Assembly: GCF_018977255.1 (NCBI RefSeq)
Contig: NW_024704778.1
Coordinates: 248,001-312,000, forward strand
Length of the DNA: 64,000 bases
Direction of reading: 5' to 3'
Source of the DNA: Callorhinchus milii
Taxonomy: Eukaryota
Every line of letters starts with the position of its first letter. The first letter of the stretch is position 1. The position numbers and the translations under genes were made by a program. The notes beneath the pieces were generated by a model, which worked only from the letters and a program-made list of their open reading frames with translations, did not search any database and was not told the origin of the DNA. Below, one piece after another: positions 1 through 12,500 of this stretch.

Positions 1-54
1 CAATTATCAAAACAAAGACGCACGACGTGACGAGGCTCAGACACACAAACTCAC

Positions 55-2234
55 CAATGTGGGCGCGATCTGAGATCACCGTCCTGGACTCCCAGCCCTC
101 CAGCCCTGCGGTGGAAGAGGAAAAGAATTATAAACCCACGTAGCTCAGTGGTGAGAGGGCTCGCCTCGCGAGCGAGAGGACCTGGGTCCGATTCCCGGCC
201 GGGCAGGAAGAAATCTTAGGCAAGTTTCCTTACTCCACACACCCGCACGCGCACACACCTCTATTTATCCAGCATTGAGTGGAAGCAACCTCCACACATA
301 CGCACGCACACGCACACACTGTTTCACAGGAGAGCTCCAGTTGAGACACTGCTCACCTTTCCCTTTGTGAAGATTCTTCTCAGCTTCCTCAAACAGGCCA
401 GGCAAGTGGATCACCACACCGTTACCTGGGAGACAGGGAGTCAGCAAAACAGCGGTGAATGTTATAATAATAATAATCAGTACAGATTGACGCTCCCAAC
501 AAGAAGGAACTATGGAACCCGGCAGGCAGGGTGGTGCCTCACTGCTTTAAGTCCGTGCTGCGGGAGCTCTGCTTGTTGGAGGGGCTGCTCTACCGATAAG
601 ACTGACAGATGGGACCTCAGTCCATCTGTACCGGATGATAAAGTCGCGTAGCGCAGTGGTCAGAGTCCATCGGTGGCCGCGCTTTCAGCCATACTTCCTC
701 TTCAACCAGTGGCCACCTCCCCCTTCACCCCGGCTTCCTTGGTGTGGAGCTCAGCCGCTGACCAGCGCTCTGGGACGCCGCCTCGCGTGAGGGGCGCCGG
801 GCAAATGCCGTGTTGTGGAGTTGCTGTAAAGATGTAAATCCTTTGTGCTTTCCCCTCCAAACCGAAGCCCCCGGTCTGCCCTCACCCCCATCCCCACCCC
901 CCCCCCACCCCCCGCGGATCTCAGTCACTTCCCAAAGGCCCGTCAGGTGAAGGCGGGACAAACGCGCACACTCGCTCACCGATGAAGGAGATGGCGTTCT
1001 TGTTGATGACTCCGCTGGGCAACAGGTGAAAGTCGTACTCCACGGAGTCCACCACCACGGTGTGGCCGGCGTTGTTTCCACCCTGTGACGCACACGCAGA
1101 CAGACACGGGACAGACACGCGGACAGACACACAGAGGACACGCTGATCAGACCCGCCGGATCCCGGGAATGGCAGTAATAATCATCGATGCGTTTCATAC
1201 AGAGTCTTGGGGTGGAGCGGGAGAGAGTGGGGGTGGGGGGGCGGGGTTGGGGGTTATTGAGAGTGGGTGGTGGTGGGGGGGGGCGCGCGGGGGTGTATGG
1301 GAACGGTTGGTGAGGGGGTAGGGCTTACCCCCATTGACACCTGCGCGTGGGGAATGTGGGGGAGTGGCAGTGGGGGGCGGAGCTGAGGAAGAGGGGGTGG
1401 GTCTGGGGAAGGAGGAGTGGGACTGGGGGAGTGTGTGGGCGGGGCTGGGGGAGTGTGGTCGGGGCTGGGGGAGTGTGTGGGCGGGGCTGGGGGAGTGTGG
1501 GTGCGGCTGGGGGAGTGTGGGCGTGGCTGGGGGAGTGTGGGGGGGCTGGGGGAGTGTGGGTGTGGCTGGGTGTGTGTGGGCGGGGCTGAGATAGTGTGTG
1601 GCGGGGCTGGGGAGTGTGTGGGCGGGGCTGGGGGAGTGTGTGGGCGGGGCTGGGGATTGTGTGGGCGGGGCTGTGGGGGTGGGGCTGGGGAGTGTGTGGG
1701 CGGGGCTGGGGAGTGACATTGTGGGTGGGGCCTTTGGGATGTGGGCGGGGTTTGGGGGGCAACTGATAGTATGGGTGGGGCTGAGGGGGAGTGGGTGTGG
1801 GCGGGGCTGGCGGAGTGACGTTCGGGGCGGGGCTTTGGTGAATGAAGTGGGCGGGGCTGGGAGAGCGATGGTGTGGGTGGAGCCTGGGGGGGGGGCGAAT
1901 GATGGTGTGGGCGGGGCCTAGGGTTGTGGGCGGGGGGCCGGGGTTGGGGGCGGGGCTGACCTCTCACCTGACACCTGCACACCAGCTCGGCGTCCTGCGC
2001 GAGCAGATCCACGACCTTCCCTTTGCCCTCATCCCCCCACTGGGCGCCGAGCACCACCGTCACCAGGTTACCCGGGGCCGGGGCGACAGGAGGCTCCGGC
2101 TTCAGCCCAGGCCCGGATCTCGGCCCGGGCTCCCCCGGCACCGCCTGGGGCTCCAGCTCGGCCCGGGGCCGCTTGCAGCTGGGGGGAGAGGCCGCTGGGT
2201 CGCCGCCATCACCGCCGTTCGGCACCAACGCCAT
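55..2234 (-). CDS. ADSS: Adenylosuccinate synthetase (ADSS1/ADSS2 family), exons 1-4; continues beyond the left end of the window
   Basis: Exons (-): 2234-1968, 1082-980, 425-357, 105-55. All are GT-AG with consistent phase. Translation: MALVPNGG...[32 protein letters not shown]|[34 protein letters not shown]|[23 protein letters not shown]|[17 protein letters not shown]. It contains the GDEGKGK P-loop signature. Paralogue identity is uncertain. Confidence 0.95.
1200..1960. repeat. G-rich minisatellite (ggggctgggggagtgtgtgggc-like, ~20-22 bp) in ADSS intron 1
   Basis: Tandem degenerate units seen directly; source of many spurious Pro/Gly ORFs. Confidence 0.85.
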
Positions 2235-2339
2235 CCGCTCGCTCCAGCCGAAAGCGGAACCGGAAACCAGCCCCTTCCACCCGCGCGCGGTCACCCCGGG
2301 CAACCGGGGGAAAAGGCGCCAAAACAACCCGCCCTGGTT

Positions 2340-2390
2340 CACGCATGCGCGGTCGCGCTCCCGCGGCCTACCGCACTGCGCGTGCGCACA
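2340..2390. promoter_or_regulatory. ADSS proximal promoter with two NRF1-like motifs, in a CpG island
   Basis: acgcatgcgc (2341-2350) and ctgcgcgtgcgca (2376-2388) resemble TGCGCATGCGCA and lie about 110-150 bp upstream of the ATG. Confidence 0.55.
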
Positions 2391-2404
2391 ACCACCTCAT
2401 TGCT

Positions 2405-3497
2405 TTTAATCGCTCATAACTAATTCCATTAATAATAACATTCTTTCAACAATAACTAATTATTTTAATAATGATAACTAATTCTGTTAATAATAACTAA
2501 TTATTTTAATAGTGATAACTAATTCTGTTAATAATAACTAATTATTTTAATAATAATAACTAATTCTGATAATAAAAACTAATTCCATTAATAATAACTA
2601 ATTCTTTTAATAATAACTAATTCCATTAATAATAACATTCTTTTAATAATAACTAATTATTTTAATAATGATAACTAATTCTGTTAATAATAACTAATTA
2701 TTTTAATAATGATAACTAATTCTGTTAATAATAACTAATTATTTTAATAATAACTAATTCTGATAATAAAAACTAATTCCAATAATAATAACTAATTCTT
2801 TAATAATAATTAATTCCATAATAATAACATTCTTTTAATAATAACTAATTATTTAATAATGATAACTAATTCTGTTAATAATAACTAATTATTTTAATAA
2901 TGATAACTAATTCTATTAATAATAACTAATTATTTAATAATAATAACTAATTCTGATAATAAAAACTAATTCCATTAATAATAACTAATTCTTTTAATAA
3001 TAACTAATTCCATTAATAATAACATTCTTTTAATAATAACTAATTCCATTAATAATAACATTCTTTTAATAATAACTAATTATTTTAATAATGATAACTA
3101 ATTCTGTTAATAATAACTAATTATTTTAATAATGATAACTAATTCTGTTAATAATAACTAATTATTTTAATAATAACTAATTCTGATAATAAAAACTAAT
3201 TCCATTAATAATAACTAATTCTTTTAATAATAATTAATTCCATTAATAATAACATTCTTTTAATAATAACTAATTCTATCAATAATCATAAGAATTATAA
3301 TTCCTTATAATAATGGCTAATGTCGATCATAATTGTTTATATTAATAGTTATGTTATTAGTGATAAATGATAAATAATTAATAATAATAATTAGTAATAA
3401 ATAATTAGTAATAAATAATAATAATAATTAGTAATAAAGAATTAGTAATAAATAATAATAATAATTAGTAATAAAGAATTAGTAATAAATAATAATG
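2405..3497. repeat. Extremely AT-rich minisatellite (taataataactaattattt / taatgataactaattctgt, 18-22 bp units)
   Basis: About 1.1 kb of tandem variant units between the divergent ADSS and TMEM179B genes. Confidence 0.9.
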
Positions 3498-4592
3498 ACC
3501 CCCGGGGTGTGACCCCGGCGCCTGATCGCGTCGGCGAGACGTCTCGAAGCGCTCCACGGGACCGCGCTGTCGAGTGTAGTGACTGTGTGTTGCGGCGGGG
3601 AGGGGTGGGGGGGGGGTCGACGTGACCGATTTTTTTTAATTGAAGGATTTATTGCCCCCCCCCCCACCCCCCACCCCTCGGAAAATGTGCAGCTACAGGG
3701 AAATACACAGCGAGCCGGCGGGGGGAGGGCGGGGGGTGGGGAGCGGGGGTGGGGGGGGAGGCGGGGGGTGGGGGGGGGGGGTGGGGGGGGGCGGAAGGGG
3801 GGAGAGAGGGAGGGTCGGAAACCAATCCACTGGGGAGACAGATGGTGTGTCTCCCTTTGTAACGCCAGCTGTGATTTTAAGGCTCTCTCGCTCCCTCTTC
3901 CTCACCGTCGCTCTCTCTCTCTCTCTCTCTCTCGCTCACACTCTCTCTTTCACTCTCTCTTTTTCTCTCCCTCTCTCGTTCTCTCTCTCTCTCGCTCTCA
4001 GCCTCCGTAGGCATTGAACAGAGGACCCCCCCCACCCCCCCCACCACCACCACCACCAGCTGTGATTTAAAGCCGTCTCGCTTTCCCTTTCTCTGTCTCT
4101 CGCTCTCTCTCGTCCTCCCTCTCTCGCTCTCTCTCTCTCTCTCTTGCTCTTTCACGCTCCCTCTCTCCCCTCCCTCTCCCTCCCCCCCTCTCACACTCCC
4201 CCCACTCTCTCCCCCTCCCTCCCTCTCGCTCCCTCCCTCTCACACTCCCCCAACTCTCTCCCCCTCCCTCCCTCTCGCTCTCTCCCTCTCCCTCACACTC
4301 CCCCACTCTCTCCATCCCTCCCTTCCTCCCTCTCTCTTGTTCGTTCTCGGTCTTTCTTACTCTCCCTCTCTCTTTCAGCACCCACCCCACCCCCCCCCCC
4401 CACCCACCCACCCCACCACCCCCCACCCAACCACCCACCACCACCCCAACCACCATCACCACCCACCCACCACCCCAACCACCCGCCCACCACCCCCGTT
4501 GGGAGGTGGAGGACACGCGCACGCCCACGGCCCATCGCCCACGGCCCATCGCCCACGGCCCATCGCCCACGCCAAGGTTGACGTGAGCCGCC

Positions 4593-5551
4593 ATGGAGTT
4601 CCCCAACAAGCTGCTGCTGTGCCAGTGCGTGGCCTACTTCCTGGGGCTGCTGCTCTCGTTGCTGGTGGTCGTGCCCTTGGCCGAGAACGGCAGCCGGTTC
4701 GGGGACCGCTGCCTCCTGTTCAGCGAGGCCTCCTGGCGGCAGGAGAACGCGACCGGCGGCTCCTCGGTCATCTCCCGCTTCGTGGTCGGGGCCTGGGGCC
4801 CGCCGGCCGGCTGCCACTTCTGCACCTTCGTGGGCGTCTTCACCCTCATCTTCTCGGCCGCGCAAGCCTGGAGGACCTTCTTCTACCTGTGCAAGGGCCA
4901 CGACGAGTGAGTCCCAGTCGCTCACGGCGCCCGACAGTAGGGATGAGAGGCGTCCCGAAGCGCTTCCGCGGGGGCAGGCGCGCGCTCCCGAGTGTGCTTG
5001 GCGGGCGAAACGGGGGCCGCACCTCGACGTCCTCGAGGACGTCCCAACGACGGGAGGAAGGCGCTGGGTCAAGTGCGAAGATTGTTGTCATTCTTATTTT
5101 ATTTAATTCAACGCCGCTATGTTGTTTAACGTGGTTTGTTGTCGTCGTTGTTGTTTGTTTGTTTGCTGTTGAATCCTGTGAAGCGCTTTGACGTGGTCGT
5201 CCTTGGTCTGAAAGGCCTTAGTATTATTATTATTATTAATAATAATTATTATTATTATTCATTAATTAATTATTACTGCTACGCCGGGGTTGAGTTGCGT
5301 TATAATTATCGGGGTTCAAATGGATGGACCCCCCCCTGTGTTTGGCCAAATGCTGGGGGCCATCTGTTTGAACCCCGATTAAAAGCCACTACTGTTTGTT
5401 TATTTATTATTTATTCGGTGCAATAACACACACAACACCCCCACCCGCACCCCCTCCACCCCCACCCGCCCCATGTCTGTCCACACACAGGCACCCCACG
5501 CACGCCTCCCGCGATACACCGGCGTAGACACGCTGGGGTGGTGGCGGGGAG

Positions 5552-5588
<37 letters not shown>

Positions 5589-8500
5589 CCAGCGGGGGAA
5601 AATTCGGGGGTGGGGGGTTGGGGGGAATATTCCACTTGAGCAACTTGACCCTCACAGCTGCCACTGTCCATCTGTGCCGTTAGCTGTTGTAATCACAATC
5701 TCTCCGGTGCATCCTCTCTCTCTCTCTCTCACACTCTATCTCTCTCTCGTATCTGTCCGTCTCTCTGGAGAATAGTGCAGAGCTGCGGTGGGTGGGGGGG
5801 GGGGGCGCGGCGGTGGGGGGGTGTTGGGGAAGGGCTGTGTGGTTGGAGATGCTGCCCTTCATCAGACGTTAAGACTCTCTGTCTGTGCTCTGGTCAAGTG
5901 GACGTTAAGTATTCGGTGGCTGGAGCGGTGTGGGGGGGGGGTGTGGGGGGGGGGGCGGGAGAGAGGAGTTTATTCCCTCCTGGGTATCCTGGCCAAAAAT
6001 CGCTCGCTCGCTCGCTTCACGGCTCAGGGGTCAGACCCCTCGCCTCGCAATCCAGAGATACCCGGGTTCCATTCCCGGCCGGGCCGGGTCAGGGCGAAAC
6101 CTTAGGCAAGTTTCCCTACTCCCCCACACGCTCCCCCCACGCACACGGACACACACACACACACGCGCGCGCGCGCGGGCAGGCAAGTTGTCGTTTGCGG
6201 GAACGGCGGGGCTCGGTGGGGGAAAGGGGGTGACAGTCTGCGGGTGTGTTTTTGGCAGCACCCTGCTCTCGGCGTTCCTGAACCTGGTGCTGAGCTGCTC
6301 GGTCCTCTTCCTCACCATCGTGGCCAGCGTGATGGTCAGCGTGGGCTTCAGCTTGTGGTGCGACGAGGTGACCGATCACGGGAGAATGCCTAACAGGTGA
6401 GTGCGGCTTCCTCTCTTACTCACTCAGCTCCTTATCCTCCTCACTTACCCCCCCCCACCCCACCCCCACCCCGATCCACTCCACCATCGGTGGCCGTGTC
6501 TTCAGCCCCTGCGCCCCGAAACTCTGTCACTCTCTCCCTCCCTCAATCATTGAGCAAGTTTCCTTACACCCCCCACCCCCCCCCACACACACACACACAC
6601 ACGCGCGCACACACGCCTGTGTCCCCGGCAGTCAGGAGGAACCCGCTTTTTAGTCCATTGGGGGATCACTTTCCGGGGGTAATAATCCCTTCAATAAATG
6701 ATAATGTGGTCGCTCAATCCACGGCTGTTTGGGTGGGGACGTCGCTGGTCAATATGTTATATTGACCCATTAATAACTAACTAATTGAATATTATATTAT
6801 TAAGATATTATTCTCTTTCCCAGCTGTGAAGAAATGCAGTCAATGAACCTTCACCTGGATGTAGACACCTCTTCCTTCTATATCCATTTCAGGGTGGCAC
6901 AGGTGAGCCTAAAATTCCAACCAGTCTTAGCCTGCACAACACCCTCTCCTTTTCTCCGTATACAGTAAAACTCACATAAGTTGTGTCGGTCGGGACAATA
7001 CTATTTGGAGTCGCTGTGGCTCAGTCATCTCCCAAGCGAGAGGATCCGGGTTCGATTCCCGGCCGGGCAGGGTCAGGGTGAAACGTTGGCCAAGTTTCCT
7101 TACTCTACGCACACACACACGCGCGTGCGCACACACACGCACACACACACACACACACGCGCGCACGCCTCTGTTTACCAGCAGTTAGTAGGAACCCGCT
7201 TGTTAGTCGATTGGCAGATCGCTTTCCAGGGGTAATAATCCCTTCAAAATAATAATAAATTGGTCACTTCAATCCACGTCTGTTTGTGGGGACGTCGTTG
7301 TGCGCAATTGGCTGCTGCGTTTCGCCTGCAAAACACACAGTCACTACACCTGGGTACGATTCCCAGGCAGACTGGGTTCGAAACACTGATTTTTCGATGC
7401 CTTGGGACTGTGTAAATGTCACGTGTTGTTGTTGTGGTTGTGATTGTTGTTGATGTGGTTCTTGTTGTGGTGGTGGTAGTTGTGTTTGGCTTGCAGTTTG
7501 GGCTGTGGAGTATCTGGGTGGTGGTTGTTGTGGTTGGTGTTGGTGTTGGGGTTGGTGTAGGTGTTGGGGTAGGTGTTGGTGTTGGTGTTGGGGTAGGTGT
7601 TGGGGTAATGGCGGCTGTGTTTGGCTTGCAGTTTGGGCTGTGGAGTATCTGGGTTGTTGTAGTTGGTGTAGATGTTGTGGTTGGGGTTGGTGTTGGTGTT
7701 GGTGTTGGGGTTGGGGTTGGGGTTGGTGTTGGGGTAATGGCGGCTGTGTTTGGCTTGCAGTTTGGGCTGTGGAGTATCTGGGTTGTTGTAGTTGGTGTAG
7801 ATGTTGTGGTTGGGGTTGGTGTTGGTGTTGGGGTTGGTGTTGGGGTAATGGCGGCTGTGTTTGGCTTGCAGTTTGGGCTGTGGAGTATCTGGGTGTTGGT
7901 GTTGTGGTTGGTGTTGGTGTTGGTGTAGGTGTAGGTGTAGGTGTAGGTGTTGGTGTTGGGGTAGGTGTTGGGGTAATGGCGGCTGTGTTTGGCTTGCAGT
8001 TTGGGCTGTGGAGTATCTGGGTGGTGGTTGTTGTGGTTGGGGTTGGTGTTGGGGTTGGTGTTGGGGTTGATGTTGGGGTTGGGGTTGGGGTTGGTGCTGG
8101 TGTAGGTGTTGGGGTTGGGGTTGGTGTTGGGGTTGGTGTTGGGGTAATGGCGGCTGTGTTTGGCTTGCAGTTTGGGCTGTGGAGTATCTGGGTGGTGGTA
8201 GTTGGTGTTGGGGTTGGTGTTGGTGTTGGGGTAGGTGTTGGGGTAATGGCGGCTGTGTTTGGCTTGCAGTTTGGGCTGTGGAGTATCTGGGTTGTTGTAG
8301 TTGGTGTAGATGTTGTGGTTGGGGTTGGTGTTGGTGTTGGGGTGGTTGTTGTGGTTGGTGTTGGTGTTGGGGTAGGTGTTGGGGTAATGGCGGCTGTGTT
8401 TGGCTTGCAGTTTGGGCTGTGGAGTATCTGGGTGGTGTGGGCTGTACTGGGTGTCCTCGCCTTCCTGAAGGTCTATCGTAACTACAAGAGGAAGGAGTTG

Positions 8501-8602
8501 GCGCGCTGTCTGGCGCGAGAGAAGGAGCTGCTTCTCGATCATTCCGCGCGACGTCGCCCGGACCAGGAGCAGCAGCAGGAAGCGCCCAGTGTCTTCATCT
8601 GA
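4593..8602 (+). CDS. TMEM179B: Transmembrane protein 179B
   Basis: Exons 4593-4906, 6259-6396, 6824-6902, 8411-8602, all GT-AG and phase-consistent. Kozak gccgccATGG. Translation: [12 protein letters not shown]...CLLF...[14 protein letters not shown]...|[10 protein letters not shown]...VGFSLWCD...|SCEEMQ...SSFY..F.VAQ|[10 protein letters not shown]...FLKVYRNY...EKELLL. This is the four-TM TMEM179 family; the B paralogue is inferred from linkage to HNRNPUL2. Confidence 0.88.
7478..8435 (+). repeat. Tandem array of 8 copies of the TMEM179B intron 3/exon 4 junction, separated by (ggtgtt/ggggtt)n spacers
   Basis: Core (gcggc)tgtgtttggcttgcag|tttgggctgtggagtatctgggt. Post-AG positions: 7497, 7632, 7761, 7872, 8000, 8171, 8270, 8411. 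Confidence 0.95.
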
Positions 8603-9224
8603 TGGTCCTTCCACCCGGACCCCGCCCTCATCACGGACCCCGCCCTCAACTCCTCCCCCACCCGAACCCCGCCCCCGACTCCTCCCCCTCCCACCTGTAA
8701 ACCGCCCACAAATCATCCTCCGCGTCCCTAACTCCTCCCCATTCCACCCCAAGCACCGCCCCGACTCCGCCCCCAGCATTAACCACACCCCAAAATCACC
8801 TCCCGCGTCCCTAACTCCGCCTCATCCCATCCCGAGCACCGCCCCGACTCCGCCCCCAGCATTAACCACACCCCCAAATCACCTCCCGCATCCCTAACTC
8901 CGCCTCATCCCATCCCGAGCACCGCCCCGACTCCGCCCCCAGCATTAACCGCACCCCCAAATCACCTCCCGCATCCCTAACCCCATCCCAACAGGGAGGG
9001 TGGGGGTAGGAGGGTCTTCGCAGAGGCCCTGAGGGTGTGTGGGGGGGCGCGGGGAGAGGGGAATTTCTTCCCAAAGGCTGTGAAACATTACTGTGTGTCT
9101 TTGTGTCTATGTTTTTTTTATTGTGTTCAGGTTTTAATGGGGACTATTTAAGGCTTTTCCTGTTATGATTGTATAAATGTGACTGTGTGCGTCTCTGACA
9201 ACTTTATATTTATTTAAGAGAATG

Positions 9225-9230
9225 AATAAA
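9225..9230 (+). terminator. Poly(A) signal of TMEM179B
   Basis: AATAAA about 620 bp after the stop codon, followed by a GT-rich downstream element. Confidence 0.6.
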
Positions 9231-9384
9231 ATCTCAAGAGTCAGAGATTCCTCCGTCTTTGGCGTGTTCTGTGGGGTGGCTTGCGGTGTTTAGCGTGTGT
9301 GACATGCGTGTGTGATGTGTGACAGTGAGTCTCGCACTCATCCGTGTTTCTGTTATCGTTAGCGACTGACGATAAACTGTTTCA

Positions 9385-10305
9385 TGACCTGGGTTAGAGA
9401 ACGCAGTGAAGCTCCTCTACACTGTGTGTCCGTCCACACTCCCCGGTCAGGGTTAGAGACACAGTAAAGCTCCTCTACACTGTGTGTCCACACTCCCAGG
9501 TCAGGGTTAGAGAACACAGTAAAGCTCCTCTACACTGTGCGTCCGTCCACACTCCCCGGTCAGGGTTAGAGACACAGTAAAGCTCCTCTACACTGTGCGT
9601 CCGTCCACACTCCCCGGTCAGGGTTAGAGACACAGTAAAGCTCCTCTACACTGTGTGTCCGTCCACACTCCCAGGTCAGGGTTAGAGAACAGTAAGTCCT
9701 CTACACTGCGTCCCTCTACACTGCCCGGTCAGGGTTAGAGACACCGTAAAGCTCCTCTACACTGCGTCCCTCCACACTGCCCGGTCAGGGTTAGAGACAC
9801 AGTAAAGCTCCTCTACACTGTGTGTCCACACTCCCAGGTCAGGGTTAGAGACACAGTAACGCTCCTCTACACTGTGCGTCCACACTCCCAGGTCAGGGTT
9901 AGAGACACAGTAAAGCTCCTCTACACTGTGCGTCCGTCCACACTCCCAGGTCAGGGTTAGAGACACAGTAAAGCTCCTCTACACTGTGCGTCCACACTCC
10001 CAGGTCAGGGTTAGAGACACAGTAAAGCTCCTCTACACTGTGTGTCCACACTCCCAGGTCAGGGTTAGAGACACAGTAAAGCTCCTCTACACTGTGTGTC
10101 CACACTCCCAGGTCAGGGTTAGAGACACAGTAAAGCTCCTCTACACTGTGTGTCCACACTCCCAGGTCAGGGTTAGAGACACAGTAAAGCTCCTCTACAC
10201 TGTGTGTCCACACTCCCAGGTCAGGGTTAGAGACACAGTAACGCTCCTCTACACTGTGCGTCCGTCCACACTCCCAGGTCAGGGTTAGAGACACAGTAAA
10301 GCTCT
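9385..10305. repeat. 57/61-bp minisatellite, about 16 units
   Basis: Unit cactcccaggtcagggttagagacacagtaaagctcctctacactgtgtgtcca. Related monomers occur at ~39470, ~42405 and ~51335. Confidence 0.95.
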
Positions 10306-10849
10306 GTGTGTTTCAGTTTCTGTGTGCATCTCTGCATCTATGTGTGTGTGTCTCCCTCTGTGACTGTGTGCGTCTCCCTGTGTGTCTCTGTATCTGTGTG
10401 GGTCTCACCCTGTGTGACTGTGTGTGTATGTGTATGCAAGTATCTGTCTGTGTGTCTCTCTGTCTCTGTGTTTCTCTCCTTCTCTTTGTCTCCCCCGATC
10501 CTCACCCTGATACCCCAGGGACGACAGACACAGAAACTTTCAGCTGTGGCGCTGGCATTTCCGTGGAAACCGGGGCCCTGGAGGACCATCTCGGAGCTGA
10601 GGTCACAGCTGTTCCCGAGTGACCAGACCCTGGAACACAAACTCCCCCCATCCCCCCGCCCTCCCCCCCCCACCGCAAGCCCTGGGACATCCAGAGATCA
10701 ACAACAATGGAGCTTTTCACATCGGGAGGACATCTCTGAGCACGAACAACAAGATGGCATTTCCCCAGCATCTGCCTTTCCCGTCAGGACGGAGGACGAT
10801 ACCAAGGCCTTGGACAGTCAGGGATATGGACCCGAGCTGAACAGGGGAT

Positions 10850-11330
10850 TGGGATCAGGAGGGGGTGGAAGGCAGGAAGGGTCGGGGGAGGAGGGTGACC
10901 GAAGGCGCGGTCAATCGAAGAGGAGGGTCTTGAGACAGGGCTCGAAGGAGGCGAGGGAAGAGAGGGCGAGGTGGAGGGACTGTGGGATGGAGTTCCAGAG
11001 GATGGGGGCAGAGAGGCTGAAGGTCGGGGCGGACATGGAGCAGGCCGGACCCCGCTGAGCGGAGAGAACGGGCCGGTTGATATGGGGTCAGCAGCTCATA
11101 GTGAGGCCGTGGTGGGCTTTGAAGGAGAGGGTGAGGATTTTGAACACTATCTTCTGGGGGATGGGGAGCCAGTGGAGCCGGGCGAGAGAGGGTGGGGGTG
11201 ATGGGGGTCACGGAGCCTGGTGCGGGACAGGACACAAGCTGCAGAGTTCTGGATGATCTGCAGCTTGTGGAGGGAGGGGGAGAGTTGGGAAGGCCGACAA
11301 GCAGGGAGTTACAATAGTCGACATTGATTG
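10850..11330 (-). mobile_element. L2-clade LINE 3' fragment (degenerate ORF2 C-terminus)
   Basis: Minus-strand DYCNSLLVGLP...ITPTL... and RSLRS...LLHV, with frameshifts; typical of the L2 ORF2 tail. Confidence 0.7.
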
Positions 11331-12074
11331 ATGTGTAGTGACTGAGTTTTGTAGATAAACACACATTTAGCATCTTAATTCTCATCCATATTCAAGAAAT
11401 AATAAGTTTTGTGCATTTGATACGAGGAATTAGCACGAAGGCGTGAGGAAGAGGATTCAAAAGGAGTCTCAAACGTCTTCAGGAGAAGGGAAAATTGGCA
11501 GTAATATTTATTGTGTTTACGTATTGAAAAAAAACGGGCCCTCCCCTCCCCATCGCAAGACCCCCCCAAAAAAACACAACAGCAAATTAAATCTGTTTAA
11601 AAGCAGGCTGAGATCACAGTGACAGCACAAAGCCAAGCCCGGGTGATGTGTTTGAAGCATCTGCTGACCATGTCACAGGCAACTATGACACGATAAGTGG
11701 GCAGATGAGGCTGGGACCTGGCCTGCTGGCTAGTCAGTTGACCGACTGGCCCTGTGCTTACACTACGGGAGTCATTCCTTTGGAAAGATAGAAGCAAATC
11801 TGGCCAAGTGCGAGTGAGACGCTGGGAGAAAGTTTTTGATGCAAGAAGGTCACCAAAGGAACATAGTTGAGGGAAAACAGGTAATCAGAGGATACAGTTC
11901 AAGATCCTGGTCCTCATCCTCAAAGCCCACCATGGCCTTGCTCCTCCCTACCTCTGTGACCTCCTAACCCCATGTCAACCTCTCTGCTCAGTGGGCTCCG
12001 GCCTGTTTCTCGTTTCTCCCCTATGCCCAGCCCGCCCACCATCGTCGGTGACCAAAGGCGCAGTCGAAAAGAAA

Positions 12075-12500
12075 GGAAAGCACAGAAGGAGGACATTCCG
12101 CCCATCGTGTCTGTGCTGGCTCTTTGAAAAGAGCTACCCAAATCAATCCCACTCCCCTGCTCTCTCCCCATAGCCCTGCAAACTTGTCCTCCCCAAATAA
12201 TTATCTTAAAAGTTGTTATCGAATCGGCTTCCACCAGCCTTTCAGGCAATACATTCCAGATCCGAACAACTCGCTGTGTGAAATCATTTCTCCTCACCTC
12301 CCCTCTGTTTCTTTTAACAACTATTTTAAATCGGTGTCCTCGGGTTACCGACCCACCCAATCGTCAGTGGAAATAGTTTCTCCTTGTTCACCCTATCGAA
12401 TCCCCTCATAATTTTCAAAGCGTCTATGGTCTCCTCTTATCCTTCTCTGCTCCAAGCAGAATAATCCTAGCTTCTCTAGCCTCTCCTGATAACTGGAGTC
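12075..12500 (-). mobile_element. CR1-clade LINE 3' fragment
   Basis: YQERLEKLGLFCLEQRRIRGD...TRGHRFKIVVKRNRGEVRRNDFTQRVVRIWNVLPERLVEADSITTFK matches the CR1 ORF2 C-terminal motif. Confidence 0.85.

Noticed and set aside
135-210. tRNA-like sequence (gtagctcagtgg...gggtccgattccc), also at ~7010, ~21075 and ~58850
   Set aside because: These are degenerate SINE heads that continue into the SINE body; they do not form intact cloverleaves.
7478-8435. CRISPR-like pattern of a constant repeat with variable spacers
   Set aside because: The repeat is a eukaryotic splice junction, the spacers are low-complexity GT hexamers related to one another, and there are no cas genes.
9385-10305. Possible CRISPR array or interstitial telomere
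   Set aside because: Units are head-to-tail with no unique spacers, and there is no run of perfect TTAGGG.
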